A stretch of DNA of 64,000 bases, taken from Perna viridis. Its lineage: Eukaryota. Below the pieces are notes generated by a model. The model saw only the letters and a program-made list of their open reading frames with translations, was not told the DNA's origin and searched no databases. The stretch is from NCBI GenBank assembly GCA_037379345.1, contig CM074514.1, positions 21,142,001 to 21,206,000 of the forward strand. Reading direction: 5' to 3'. The translations under genes and the position numbers were made by a program. Positions 14,047 to 26,100 of the stretch are shown here, piece after piece. Position 1 is the stretch's first letter, and each line of letters starts with the position of its first letter.

Positions 14047-14966
14047 CATACATGCCAACCTTTTTGGATCCAAAAGTAGTAGGGGGTCAGGGGGGGATTT
14101 GCCCTCCCAGAAAATTTTTTTTTCCCTGGAAGCAAAATGCTGCATCTTGGGCACATTTTGGAGGATGAAAGACACCTGATAAGGGGAGTGAAAGAGTAAT
14201 CAAGGGAACCAAGGTTATAGCGATAATAAAAAGAATGTAATCCAGGGACAAAGACCAGACATGGAAAACAGACATACAAACAAAGAACATAAAGTAACTA
14301 AAATCATATATACAAAGTAACAAATGTAAATGAGCAACTCGGACTCCACTAAAAACTGGGAGCATGGACCAGGTGCACTGGTAGGGTAAGCATCCTCTGC
14401 TTTTCTAGAAACACCCGCCGAGTTGCTCATAAAAAGTCAAGTCCGGGGTAGACAAATGAGAAAAAGAAAACTATGACCCGTTGAATAAATCAGTTTTCAT
14501 GGTGCTGATGGATACACCATAACGATCCACGAGTTCATGAAAACTTACCATTTTGTTCATAATATTTGCCCATCTCCCCGAATTTTTTTACGATGAAGAA
14601 AAATGCTGCATCCTGCTGGGCTTCATCCCCAATCTTTGTATTGTATCAGGGATTTTCCCAAGTTCAAAATCTAGCACGCCAATAAACTTTTTTAATCGGT
14701 GCATATGTATTTAAATAGCCAATGAAAAGGTCGGGGTATATACTATGTCGGACATGCGTTTCACTCCCCTTTATTAAACTCCGCTAGTAATGGCAAAGTC
14801 GTCACATTATGGACTCAACCATAACGTAGAGTTGAATTAAATAAAGATGAAAAAAAAATCAGTAATCATTTTTGAAATCGGTAGAAAAGTTTCTGAAGTC
14901 GGTAGGCAGTAGAAACACCAGAAAATCGGTAGACTGCCGCCTTAAGCGGTAGGGTTGGCACGTATG
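14047..14966. mobile_element. TIR-bounded non-autonomous DNA transposon (MITE-like) containing the nested 260-bp repeat
   Basis: TIRs CATACATGCCAACC (14047-14060) and GGTTGGCACGTATG (14953-14966), 13/14 match; flanks TCAATG / GCAATG resemble a 6-bp TSD; interior is CpG-rich relative to the flanks. Confidence 0.65.
14187..14448 (-). mobile_element. ~260-bp dispersed repeat with a self-complementary head, probably a non-autonomous retroelement (copy 1)
   Basis: Reverse complement closely matches 32517-32773 throughout. Confidence 0.8.
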
Positions 14967-17900
14967 GCAATGCAATACTGGTACCTTAGGGTCTATGATA
15001 GATCTCTTATGTTATCTTTATAGACAACCAGTAAATCTCAATAATGATGCAGTTGTGATCACTTTGTTTTTTTCAATAGAATCTAAAATCATTATATTTT
15101 TGACTTGTGACTTGTTTTTGAAAATTTTAAAGGCATTCCAGGTCACAATAACACTTTTAAAATTATCTACTTAAGAGAGTATTCGCCTTTTTTCAACTCT
15201 CCACGGGAGAGATAATCCATGGGACAATTGTCTTTGTTAAGTTAGATAAGCTACAGTTAATGAAGCCTTAAATATTTATCCTTCAGTCCAGTTGCTGGGA
15301 TAAGCTCTCATATTCATGTAATATTTAACTGAGGTGGGTTATTTTAAGTGGATACAAGTAGGCTTGAGAGACATAAGTTTGAAATCCCATGCTAGTACAC
15401 ATTTTTGTCTTTCCTTATTGTTCGTAAAGTTTTTGGTGCTTGTTTCTTCTCCATCATGTATTTTGTAGACTATATTATCCACATACTATGGATGGGACGT
15501 ATTCATTTAATAAAAGTACTGAAATTTTTGTTACTGATTCCAAAAAAAAAAACATATTGTATTTGGTTAGATTAGCTGGTAACCAAATATTTTTACCCAA
15601 ATAAAAGTTTAATACTTCAAAGTGTTCTATAAATGGAACTTCTATGTTTGAGGATATTATTACCATGTCATAGACTCTGTAAAGTTTTAAATTACAATAA
15701 AAAATTGTTTATCAGTTTTGTGGTCAGGTTGTATAACTGCCATTGAAAGACTATATCTTTTAAACCACCTTTAATTTTTACCTATGTATTATATAACTGC
15801 CATAGCAGGTGCCCCTTACACAAGATTTATCTGGCTGTAATCTTTATACCTTATTACAATATCAAACCATAGCATGACAATTGTCATTTATATTTATCAT
15901 AATTATCGAGGATTAAAATAGTATTTTATTAAGTGGAAATTATATGATAAACTCTTATTTAATTTCTGTAGATAATTGGTTGCCATTAAAGTATTACCTG
16001 AAGAAAATGTCATTTTTAATTGGAAATTATCCTGTAAAACTTTATTAATGTTATATCATCAATCATACCCTGATATCCTGTCCCACCTACAGATAAAAAT
16101 GGGTTTTACAAGATAGTAAAAATTGACTTGTGGTGAACAAACACCATTCAAATTGTCAAGTAAACATTATTTTTAAAAAGTATAATTGTGACTCATATGT
16201 TGTTTGATCTTGTGATTGTGGTTGCCAAGTGTTATCAATATTTTCAAATTTATGCTTCTATGTGTATTTCTACAATATCTTGATTTGTGTATGGAGTTTA
16301 ATCTACTTGGTAGATAGAAAACTTTTCTTAATTTCATTAGAATTGTCATACATATTTTATTTGACCGTATAAATGTCCAACGAATCACGTCTAGTATTCA
16401 AGTTTTGTAGTAACAAATATCTGTGAACTTACAATATTCAATGACTGCCTAATATTTCATTAACTAACCATGCAATAATTGGAATTTTTTGACACTCAGA
16501 CTCATTGCAAACTCCTTATAGAGTAAAAACAAATATGTTCTTTAGAAAAGTTCATGGCAATATTTTATTTATAGTAGGCCATTTCATGAGTTATGTGGGT
16601 TAAAGTTCATGGATTCTAGTTTATAACCAGATCTGCTCAGTAAATATTCTAGTAATGTGTCCATTACTTTTTCTGCAGTGTTGCCTGAGGTTCTTTTACT
16701 GTATTATCATTCTCTTCAATCAGATAACTAATTAAAAAAAATATATCTTTACTTTATGGAAGGAAGTTGATGAATTCAATCATCTTTAACAGCCCTTTGG
16801 CCTTGATGTATTATTATAATACATCTCTGTTTTGAAATGAAATACTGTGAAGTTTAAAAAGATTTTAAAGAAGAGGTCTTTGGTTCAAGCTAAGAAAATT
16901 AGATTCTGGTGCCAATCTTCTTACTGTAAATCAGACAGAAAATTGGAAAAAAAGAGACACTAATTTGGAAAATTCTTGCAGACATAATTTATAATGTTGA
17001 ATTTCAAAACAGTTTCAAGTTTGATAATTTACAAAGTATGGGTTGGTTATGAGTTTTAACATATAATGAATAAAAAAGGTGTGTGAAGTTGTATAAATTT
17101 CTGTATATCTGCGAAGATTTCAGGCATGTTGCCATTATGTTTGCATGATTAAAATCAGAATTCTATTCTGGTTAAGCCAAAGTTGACTCTAAGTTTTAAA
17201 TTTATGAATGTACATATTGAAAAATCTTTTCTTAGTGGCATATAAATTTCAGTAGCATTGAAATACTTTCCTATTACAATATGATGATTTTGAGCATTTT
17301 CCGACATTTAGGTTTACTTGACTGAGATATATTTTCACTATTAAAATTTGATTCTAAAAATTTCTTTAGCTTCAGTAGAGCTATACCTCCAAGTTAATTA
17401 GTCTTTTACACTGGGAGGATCCATGCTACACAGATATTTAGTAATCAATATCTGGGAAGCTCTTAAGCTCTTAAGTTAAATAGTTGATCTATTTTTAGAT
17501 TTCCTATAAAATAATTTCTAAATGCCTTTAATTTTGTGGATATTTTCTATATCCAAAACTTCTGATTCAGAAACTCATGTTCTAAATGAATTATAATGCT
17601 GTGTTTATTGTAAGGCCAATTTGATCACTGAGTCAGTTTAACCTGATTGAGATCCTTAATGAAACAGCAAAATGGTGAAAACAAAACTAATTGTCAGTTC
17701 ATTGTGATGGGCATGTCCTCTGACACATCCTTAAGAAAATCATTCTCCAAGGTTTAGATGATCTGTCCTGGAAGGTATGGGGCATTGACAAAATTGATTT
17801 TTTTTTGTGTGTATTTATGAAAAATCAATTTGCTGTTAAACAATTTTTTTTAATTTAAAGGAGGGGAGCATAGTGGGTCTTTTCCTCTATAAAACTAGTC

Positions 17901-19317
17901 CTGTTCAGTCATCACAAATGTCCAACTGGTTGTAAAATAAAAGTGCCTAGATAACTGTATTGCTATGAAAACCAGCTGTAAAACACCCCTTTTCATCTGA
18001 GATGGAACTGTCTGAATTCAAAAGATGGAACCATCCTAACCCTGTAAACATTAAGGAAAAAGTGATTCTCAGAAAATGTGATCTGCAAAATATTATATCA
18101 ATGGATTTTATGTGATTGTTTTTATTTGTTTTTGGATATAAGGAGAAAGCAACAATTAGTAAATTTGAGGTATGTTATATTCACCAGTAAATCATATGCA
18201 TATGAGAGGAAGTTCTATGTGAAGGGAATAATATATACATTTAAAGTTCACTTGAAAATCACTAAAGTAGTTCTCTATGTCAATGCATTACCTAAAGGTT
18301 TGAATATACATAGCTTATGTTTTTTTTATTTTTTTTTCTCACCCTTGTAGTACCAAGTAGGATTGATATTATTAAACATACAAATTTTCTAGGGGCTCTG
18401 GCACTGTTGATTTAATGTCCAGATTGTTGGACTACTTTTTCTTTCATTCTTTAATTTTTAAACAAAAGCTATTAATCATGAAGACAAAAATGTATACACC
18501 TGTCCATTAATCTCTTACTTTAGTATACTGTAAGTGTTGTAATGATAGGCCTGATCAGTAGTGAAAATATCACAGGCATCATATAGTTCTATGTTTGGAA
18601 AATCAAATTTTGCTAATACACATGTAAATTACCTCAAGCTTTGGTAATATATCAGATTTGTTCTAAAAAATATATGGTAAATACTCAGTGTTTTTACATT
18701 GATGTTTTACCACCTGTAGAGAGTTTGGACAATCATATAATCTCTTCTTTGATGTTACATAGAATCAATTGTCCTTGACCAAATCCCCCTAATTAGTACC
18801 AGATGTACCTGTTAGATAGCTAATTAGATTATAGGTAATTACGCCTTATCTCACAATTGTTAATCTTCTTTGATGTCTACCTGTATTTTATTTATTTGTT
18901 TACCTTAAGCGAAAGTTATACCTGGATATTATCATACCTGTAATCAGTTAAACTCTATAATTATCTACTAATTTATTACCCTAAAGTTTAAATCGCCCAA
19001 TGAAAAGTTCAGTGATTCCAATTCAGAACTTATTGGTTGATAATATATCCATTTTTGTTTATTCAGAAAAGGGAAGTTATTAATTTTTCAATAAACTATA
19101 TGTAGAGTAAGTCTATCAAATTTCATCCAATCATACATTCCATAACTTTATCAAATGTTAAAAGAAAACAAAATACATTAAGGGGTACAATTATTTATTA
19201 TTTCTGTGGTTCCTAAACAACACTATTGACTTTTAGTCTGAAAATTACTGTAGAAATGATTTTTTACAGCATAATTTTTGTATTACATGTATTTTGTATA
19301 ATTCTGTTTCATTTCAG

Positions 19318-19374
19318 CCGTCCATATTTGGAACCATTGCTAAAGAAAATCCAAAGAAAAAAGAACATAGACTG
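19318..19374 (+). CDS. Candidate RasGEF1 N-terminal exon (PSIFGTIAKENPKKKEHRL)
   Basis: ctgtttcatttcag acceptor and CTG|GTAAGT donor; 57 nt, phase 0-0, in frame with exon 23042. Confidence 0.6.
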
Positions 19375-21581
19375 GTAAGTTTAACATCTATGTTACACAT
19401 ATGACGAAATTAACTTTGGATTGGACCCAGAAACCTAAGAAAAGTGTCAAGTACGGAAGAGTTAATGTCATTTGAACCATCTTAAGATGTGGTTAATAGC
19501 TTATCTTCATCATCATCAAATCTTGACTGAAATTTAGGTCAGTAAGGAATTGAATAACGCAGAAGATGAATTTTTTACGGATAAAAGGGGGCAGGGATAA
19601 CAGAATAGGTATTTCCATGTTTTCAACATCAAAATTTGCTTTTTAAAGTCATTTATTGTTGGTCAAAGGTTGTTTTTAGTTCCAACTGATGTAGTATTCT
19701 TTAAGTCAGTGTAAAGTTCAAATACAATACTTGAACGATATGTAAGATTTTACTCTATATTTTACTGCATAATCATCTCATGTGAGATATGTTTTTGTCC
19801 ATTTGCTTTGAAATATTGATATAATAAATTACCAATGTTTTTATAAATCCTGTTCAAGTGGTCTCTGAAACTAATCTGTTTTTAAAGGACTTGAATTTTA
19901 CAAATTTTATTAAATTTTTGACTTGATTCGTTTATGTTGATTGTTTTTGCCAGTACATAAATCCTAACATTGAAGTATAATATCAAAACAAGTATGGACA
20001 CAGTTTTTGAATTGAAAAAAAATCCAATATAATACTGGTATAGATTTGTTGTTCTCTAGATATGGATAATATTAATGCATGGTCAGGGCATAAATCAGAA
20101 TCTAATGTGAGATTGTGACAGTAGGAATAATTTATCTCTTCATTACCATAATATGTCAGATCTTCTGTACTTTTCCTATAAACTATCCTCATAGATATAT
20201 TTGATCCATTTATGTCCTATCTTTATGTAGGTGAATTACATGTTAAAATGCACCCACTGATCAAGTATAAACAATTTGTTATAGAAAGACTTATTTCAGA
20301 ATAATGATCCTACTAGACTGATTATTATAAAACTTTGTAATATGCTGAAGAATACAAATCTGTTGTTCTATAAAGTAGATACATGAAAATGTAATATCTA
20401 GAATCCCTGAAGGAGATTCACAAATATTGCATTTTTTTTATGTCTTACACATGTATTTTTAACAATCGTGTTCTTTTCATCTCATTTTGCAACTCCTCTT
20501 GCTGCATGTGGGCTCCTGATTTGGAAATAAAAGATATGCTATGCTATACATGTTATTTTGGCTGTAATAAGATGTGTTCATCCGTAAGTCACATGCTCTG
20601 AAACACTAAGTAATGTTTGATGTAAACATTATATGTATATGTTACTTAATAGAAGGATGTATTGTATTTAATTTGAATCTCAGCTGATAATAAGATTATT
20701 TTCTGTAGTTGTTAAGCTTAGGTCACTGTCCTATACATGTATTATTGAAGGCCACTTGTCAGAGTTTGGCAATCTACCAGCCACCTTTTATGCAAGAGAT
20801 AAGATTGTTTTGACTGAAGGAATAAACAGACTGAAGAGTTTTTTTCATCATGTAAAACTAGGTTAAATAAAACAGTGGGTTGGAAAAGATATTTATCTAT
20901 GGTTTGTTTAAATTTTTATTTTAGATATATTTCCACCCGTGTGTGTCAAATCTCTACAGGTTTCAGAACATAACCATAACACATACTTTGTTATCCATTA
21001 TATTATCCAGATGGTATCACCATAGTGTGGTCATTAGGGAGGGACATTGCAGACCCTCAATAGAATATACACTCAATACATCTCAATCCGTCTGTTTGCT
21101 TGGTCCTTCTCATGTTCTAATTGCTGATGGTTTTTGTTTCTAATTGCTACACCAAAGAATTTAAGATTTGGGAAGAAGTTTACTAATCAGTATTGATATA
21201 TACTAGGATCTTGAGCTTTTCTTTTGCAATTTGGTGTGTGTCTGAGAATGGGCTGAAGACAGAAGATTAAATGAAATCAGATTAGAAGCCTATAGTGGGA
21301 AAGGCAATTTGTGTAAATCTCTTGGTTTAGTAGACATTGAGGCTGCAGTTCAGCTTGGAACTGATGAATTCTTTCTGCCCCTTAAGTCTGTATATTACTG
21401 GCTAATGAGGAGAAAAAGTGTCCTTGGTAAACAGCTATTTAGGAAGTGACTTCTCGAGGTGAAAAGTCCAACAGGAAACCAGTTGTACATCACTGTTGAC
21501 GCCTTCCGATATATATATTTAAACTTTTAAATTTGAAAAATATTCTCAAAACATCTTGAGAAATCTGACAAGATTTTTAAG

Positions 21582-21758
21582 ATGTGGGAGAGTGTGGATG
21601 CTAATTGCAACCCAACAAATTCAGGAGCGGAATATGCATTTGATAAAAACTTAAACATGAAAATGTCAAATGTGGACCATTTGGATAATGCTTTCAAGCA
21701 TAGTTCTAATGATAGGAAAGGAAATATGAATTTGGTTTATTTTCTGCAACAACTACGG
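21582..21758 (+). CDS. Candidate alternative first coding exon of RasGEF1 (MWESVDANC...LVYFLQQLR, 59 aa)
   Basis: ATG in AAGATGT context, 59 open codons, then CGG|GTAGGT donor in phase 0 compatible with exon 23042; ETS-like AGGAAGTG at about 21441. Confidence 0.5.
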
Positions 21759-22233
21759 GTAGGTGTAAATGTCAGACACAAATCAATCTTTAAATTGTTA
21801 TTTGATTACTCGACTGACGTATTTTAGTCTGAAAATGGAGATGTTACATGGTAAATGGAAGGATTTGGGTTGATCAATACTCCTTATGGAGTACAGGTTT
21901 TCATATGATCCAGCTCTATCTTTGTAAAAATCAATACATATTGCATAATTATAAACATTTGAATGATTTTCATTAAAAATGTCATGCTGATCTTTGTGCA
22001 ACTTCTATATTTGTCAATATTGTTGCTTGCATTTCATTCTGCTTGATTTCTACATTTTATCGGGTGAGTGAAATCAATGAAATTTTCAATTTTTTCTTAT
22101 ATTTTTCTTTTCTTTTATAAATGATCTCTTGAAAATTAGTATACTTAAGCTATTTAAAAGGTATTATATGTGTAAGTGCATTTGAAAATATTTATTTAAG
22201 GCAGTTTCGTTTGTTTTTTTTACATCTATTTCT

Positions 22234-22291
22234 TTTGTATAATCTATTAACAAAGCAGATCATTTGTATAATCTATTAACAAAGCAGATCA
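22234..22291 (+). repeat. Perfect 29-bp tandem duplication
   Basis: TTTGTATAATCTATTAACAAAGCAGATCA x2. Confidence 0.9.
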
Positions 22292-23041
22292 TATGATGAT
22301 TTGTCTGTACCTTTTCTTGAATAAATGTCATGTTTGTACTCAAAATTTGTTTATCTTCAATTGTTTAGTCACCCTTTTACCAACCATAGCCCTCTTTTAT
22401 TTCATCTGTAGATTGTTGATACTGACGTTTTAGCTTTATGGAAATTGACAATTGCTACATGTTTGGAATTTTGAGTTATACGTAATGCCACTTTAAGATA
22501 ATACCAAATGAAACCTAAATAATCTTACTCATGATTCTGATTGTAATATAAATTTTGTCCTATAATTACTTTTCAATAGTTAAATTGATTAATTTTCATC
22601 AAATTTCCATATATCATGATTGGTTGATTGTATTATTTCACATGACCAAAAAAAGCCAAGCATATATTTTGTCACTTATATTTTTCAAAAATAAATAGGG
22701 GAAGTTAAGTCATAAGTTTTAAGTGTGCAGAAAAAATTTCCTCAAAATCTAAATTTGTACAAAATTTACAGTACATCTATTAATAGATTTTAAGTTATAA
22801 AAAGGCAACAATGAATAATTATTGTTATATTTTTGTTATCATTGAATGGTTAATAGACATCATACTTGTGGTCAGTATTCAGACAGCTAAGAAAATGTAT
22901 AATTGATGTGTGTTACATTCAAGTTTTTGGTCAAGGAAACTGTTGATATTGTTATTGGTAATATTGTAATATGCAAGTGTTGCATCTTATTTTCTACTCT
23001 AACTTGTAATTGTTTTTATCAAAACTAATTTTATTTTTCAG

Positions 23042-23137
23042 AGTGTTGGGCCACAGATGATAAGTCTTTCTCACATGTTTGATCTGCGACCATCAGGATA
23101 CGACAGCCAAGTTCCAAGCCATTACACTGAAGACGAG
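23042..23137 (+). CDS. RASGEF1B: RasGEF1 exon (SVGPQMISLSHMFDLRPSGYDSQVPSHYTEDE)
   Basis: AG/GTAAGT boundaries; resembles the MPQ...MFDSSGY N-terminus of vertebrate RasGEF1B as recalled. Confidence 0.8.
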
Positions 23138-26100
23138 GTAAGTTTTTCATTGGCTCTACTAACCTGATTCAAAACATGCTTTTGTGCTTGGTCTTTTTAA
23201 GACTATGTTGTCCTTGAGGGTGTACAGAACTCAGTTGAATTCTGTGTGTTTTTGTATAGGTGAATCCAAGTTCTCCATCTTCATGCTGAAAAACTTTGAT
23301 TGTCAATGGAATAAACTGGAGCGGTCCCATCTTTGGCCAGTCACTGCTCCCTCATTTTAGAATTCTTGGTCTGCCATTGTTGTTTGCCTTGAAGCATGTT
23401 ACTTTGTCATCTCGTCATTGTGGAATTTAATACTTATGTGCATATTAAATGAATTCATTCTTGTTTTTTTCCAAAAGTTGCACAGATTGAACCAGTTTAT
23501 CCAACATGTTCATCTCACCAGTTTTGATAAGACATGTTATTTCTGGCATAGAACCCTAAAATCTTTGCTCTTTGCTCTTGTTTATGGATAATGCCCCATC
23601 ATAAATAGCATTTCTATTTTCTTCCCTGATACTAAGAAAAACTTGGCATCATTCATGAAGTCCTAATTCTTTGTAAATTGAAGTAATTTCTTGAATGAAA
23701 ATAATATATAAGAGGCGGACATAAATTCTTCTCTCTCAGGAAAGATCTCCTTCACAGTGGCAGGGGGTTGGACTATTTCCTCCTTGTAATTGCTTACTTT
23801 CACATCTGATGGAGAAAAAAAACAAGGGCTGATGTGAACTTGAATGTGTAAAATTTCATCAAAACAATTTAATTAGACCATCTAATGTATAAATATCAAG
23901 GAAATATTGCCAAGTTTTTTTTAGACATACATGTTCAGTTGTTGAAGTAAACAGCCTTAGAAAGAATCTATTTACGTCAGTTGCCAGTAGGTACAGTGAT
24001 ATACCTGTAGCTGGTAGTAAAGTCATGTCAATTTATTGATTGTTTTTCTCATTTAATCAGAAGTAGACTGCTATTAGTCAAGAATATTGGAAAAATCAGG
24101 ATAACTTTTAATAAGTCCCTGGACATTGAATCCTGTTGATATTATTGGATCATTTATGATTCATCAGATGATGTGTAATAACTTCATCATGTAAACGTAT
24201 TTAGATCAACAGAAACTGAAAAAAGATCTGTTTATATGGGTGTTTTATAGATGACATTGATGTAAACCTGGATTTATAGTTGACATTTTACAAACTGTTT
24301 AAAAAGGTGTTGTGTGTCAAAATTTGGATTGAAAGGACATTTGATTTATAATTCTAGTAACCTATATACATTCTGGAATTCACAGGCTTTAATCTTTGAA
24401 GAGGGAAATCTAATGGCAGGGTCATTGGAAGCCTTGATCCAACATCTCGTACCAACGACAGAATATCATCCTGATGTAAGTAGATTCATATAATAGAGGG
24501 GGGACATCAGTAAGATCTAATTCTAAAGAATTTAAGTTTATCCAGTAACCTTTGTTCTGAGTTATTATTATAAGTTACGTTACCTGCATAAAATATGATA
24601 TTCATACTACAGCCAAGTAAAATTTAGTTCCTCAGATTTTTTTATATCTACTGAAATTACTATATAGTCATAAAGGAACAATTTAACGGCTTAGTTTTTT
24701 AACGAAAAGGAAAACATTCAAGCTCTGAATATTAAATCATTCAAATATCAAAACCCAGTGTCAGGGATATTCATAGTATTTCAGGTGCCGATCAGGTGAC
24801 AGGCGTATGTCCCCTCCCCCACTGATATTGGGAATTTCATTTTGCATGAAATCTTGATTTTTCACAAATACCACTCCCAAAGTCTTTTATTGCCTTGCTT
24901 TTCCCAGAATTTAATTCTTTATAGGCTCCCCTTAACCTGAAATTCTTGATCTCCCCTTGTAGCTGGCTTCATTGATGGAATGTAAATGATTTAAAAGTAT
25001 GATTTTCTATGTTGTTGGAAGTCATTAAATAACACTATATAAAACATTTAAAACATTAGCTAACAGAAAATAGCTGCATAGATTATAATGTTGTCCATTT
25101 ATAAAAGGATGAGAATTGATATGGCATAATATTCTTCAGACACATCTATATTTGTTTTCTATTGATTAGATATCTTGAATATCAGGATTTTCTCTGCTAA
25201 TGGTAGAAATGATATGGCACACTGTATAGAAACACCAGACATTTCATCAGATATATTACTATGACCAGTAGAGTGGCCTTTTGTCAATGTCTGTTTGAAT
25301 CTATTAGGAAATGTTTTTTTCCATTTCTTTGTAGTGTTTACTTAATCATTTATCATGGAAGATGCTAGATTATATCAATCACCTTGTCAAGTTAGGTTTT
25401 AGGGAATTCAACCTGATTTTTTAGATGGGAAAAACAAACCCTAACGTGTTTCGTGAAGAATCTCCATCAGTGCCAAAGAGACATTTGCCAAGATTGTATT
25501 TGGGTTGGAACTAATAGGTTTTCCAAAATCACAATGATGAGAGTCCCATATGATCTTATTAGGGTTAATTGAGATCTGTAGGACAGAAATCCTATTATAA
25601 CAAAGAGCTTCATGTTGAAATACAATTAGCCCTTTGAGAATTTCATTACTTATCATATTATGCATTGATTGACAAAGCAACTGTAGTTTGTTTACCAAAA
25701 TGTTGATGTTAATTTATGTCTGACTTAAGATGTTTTCTGGCAATAGTTTTGTCTCTGTAGACAACAGTATTATACATATTATTCATGTTTAAATATTTCA
25801 AAAATAAATTGAACAGGAAATGGAACTTATTAGTTCAGCATGTAAGCCTGATGCTAGTGAAGAAGAAAGGAAGTGTCCCTTTTCATCGTATCAGATAAAT
25901 ACATTCTGCTACTTGAATTGAAGTTGTTTAATTTTTTTTGTAGAGAACCTATGTGTTTGCTTTCTTGCTGAGTTCTAGACTGTACATAAAGCCACACATC
26001 CTACTGAAAGAGGTTTGCCAGGTTAGTACACCTACCCTCTTCTGGTCAGAAGAATCTAGAGATATGATACAGATGTTATAATATTTATTCAGATGTAGGA

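Noticed and set aside
14031-14430. ORFs of 71-92 aa (MSNSAGVSRKAEDAY..) and the matching ORFs at 32390-32791 as a small gene family
   Set aside because: They lie inside the two copies of the dispersed repeat and are frameshifted relative to each other.
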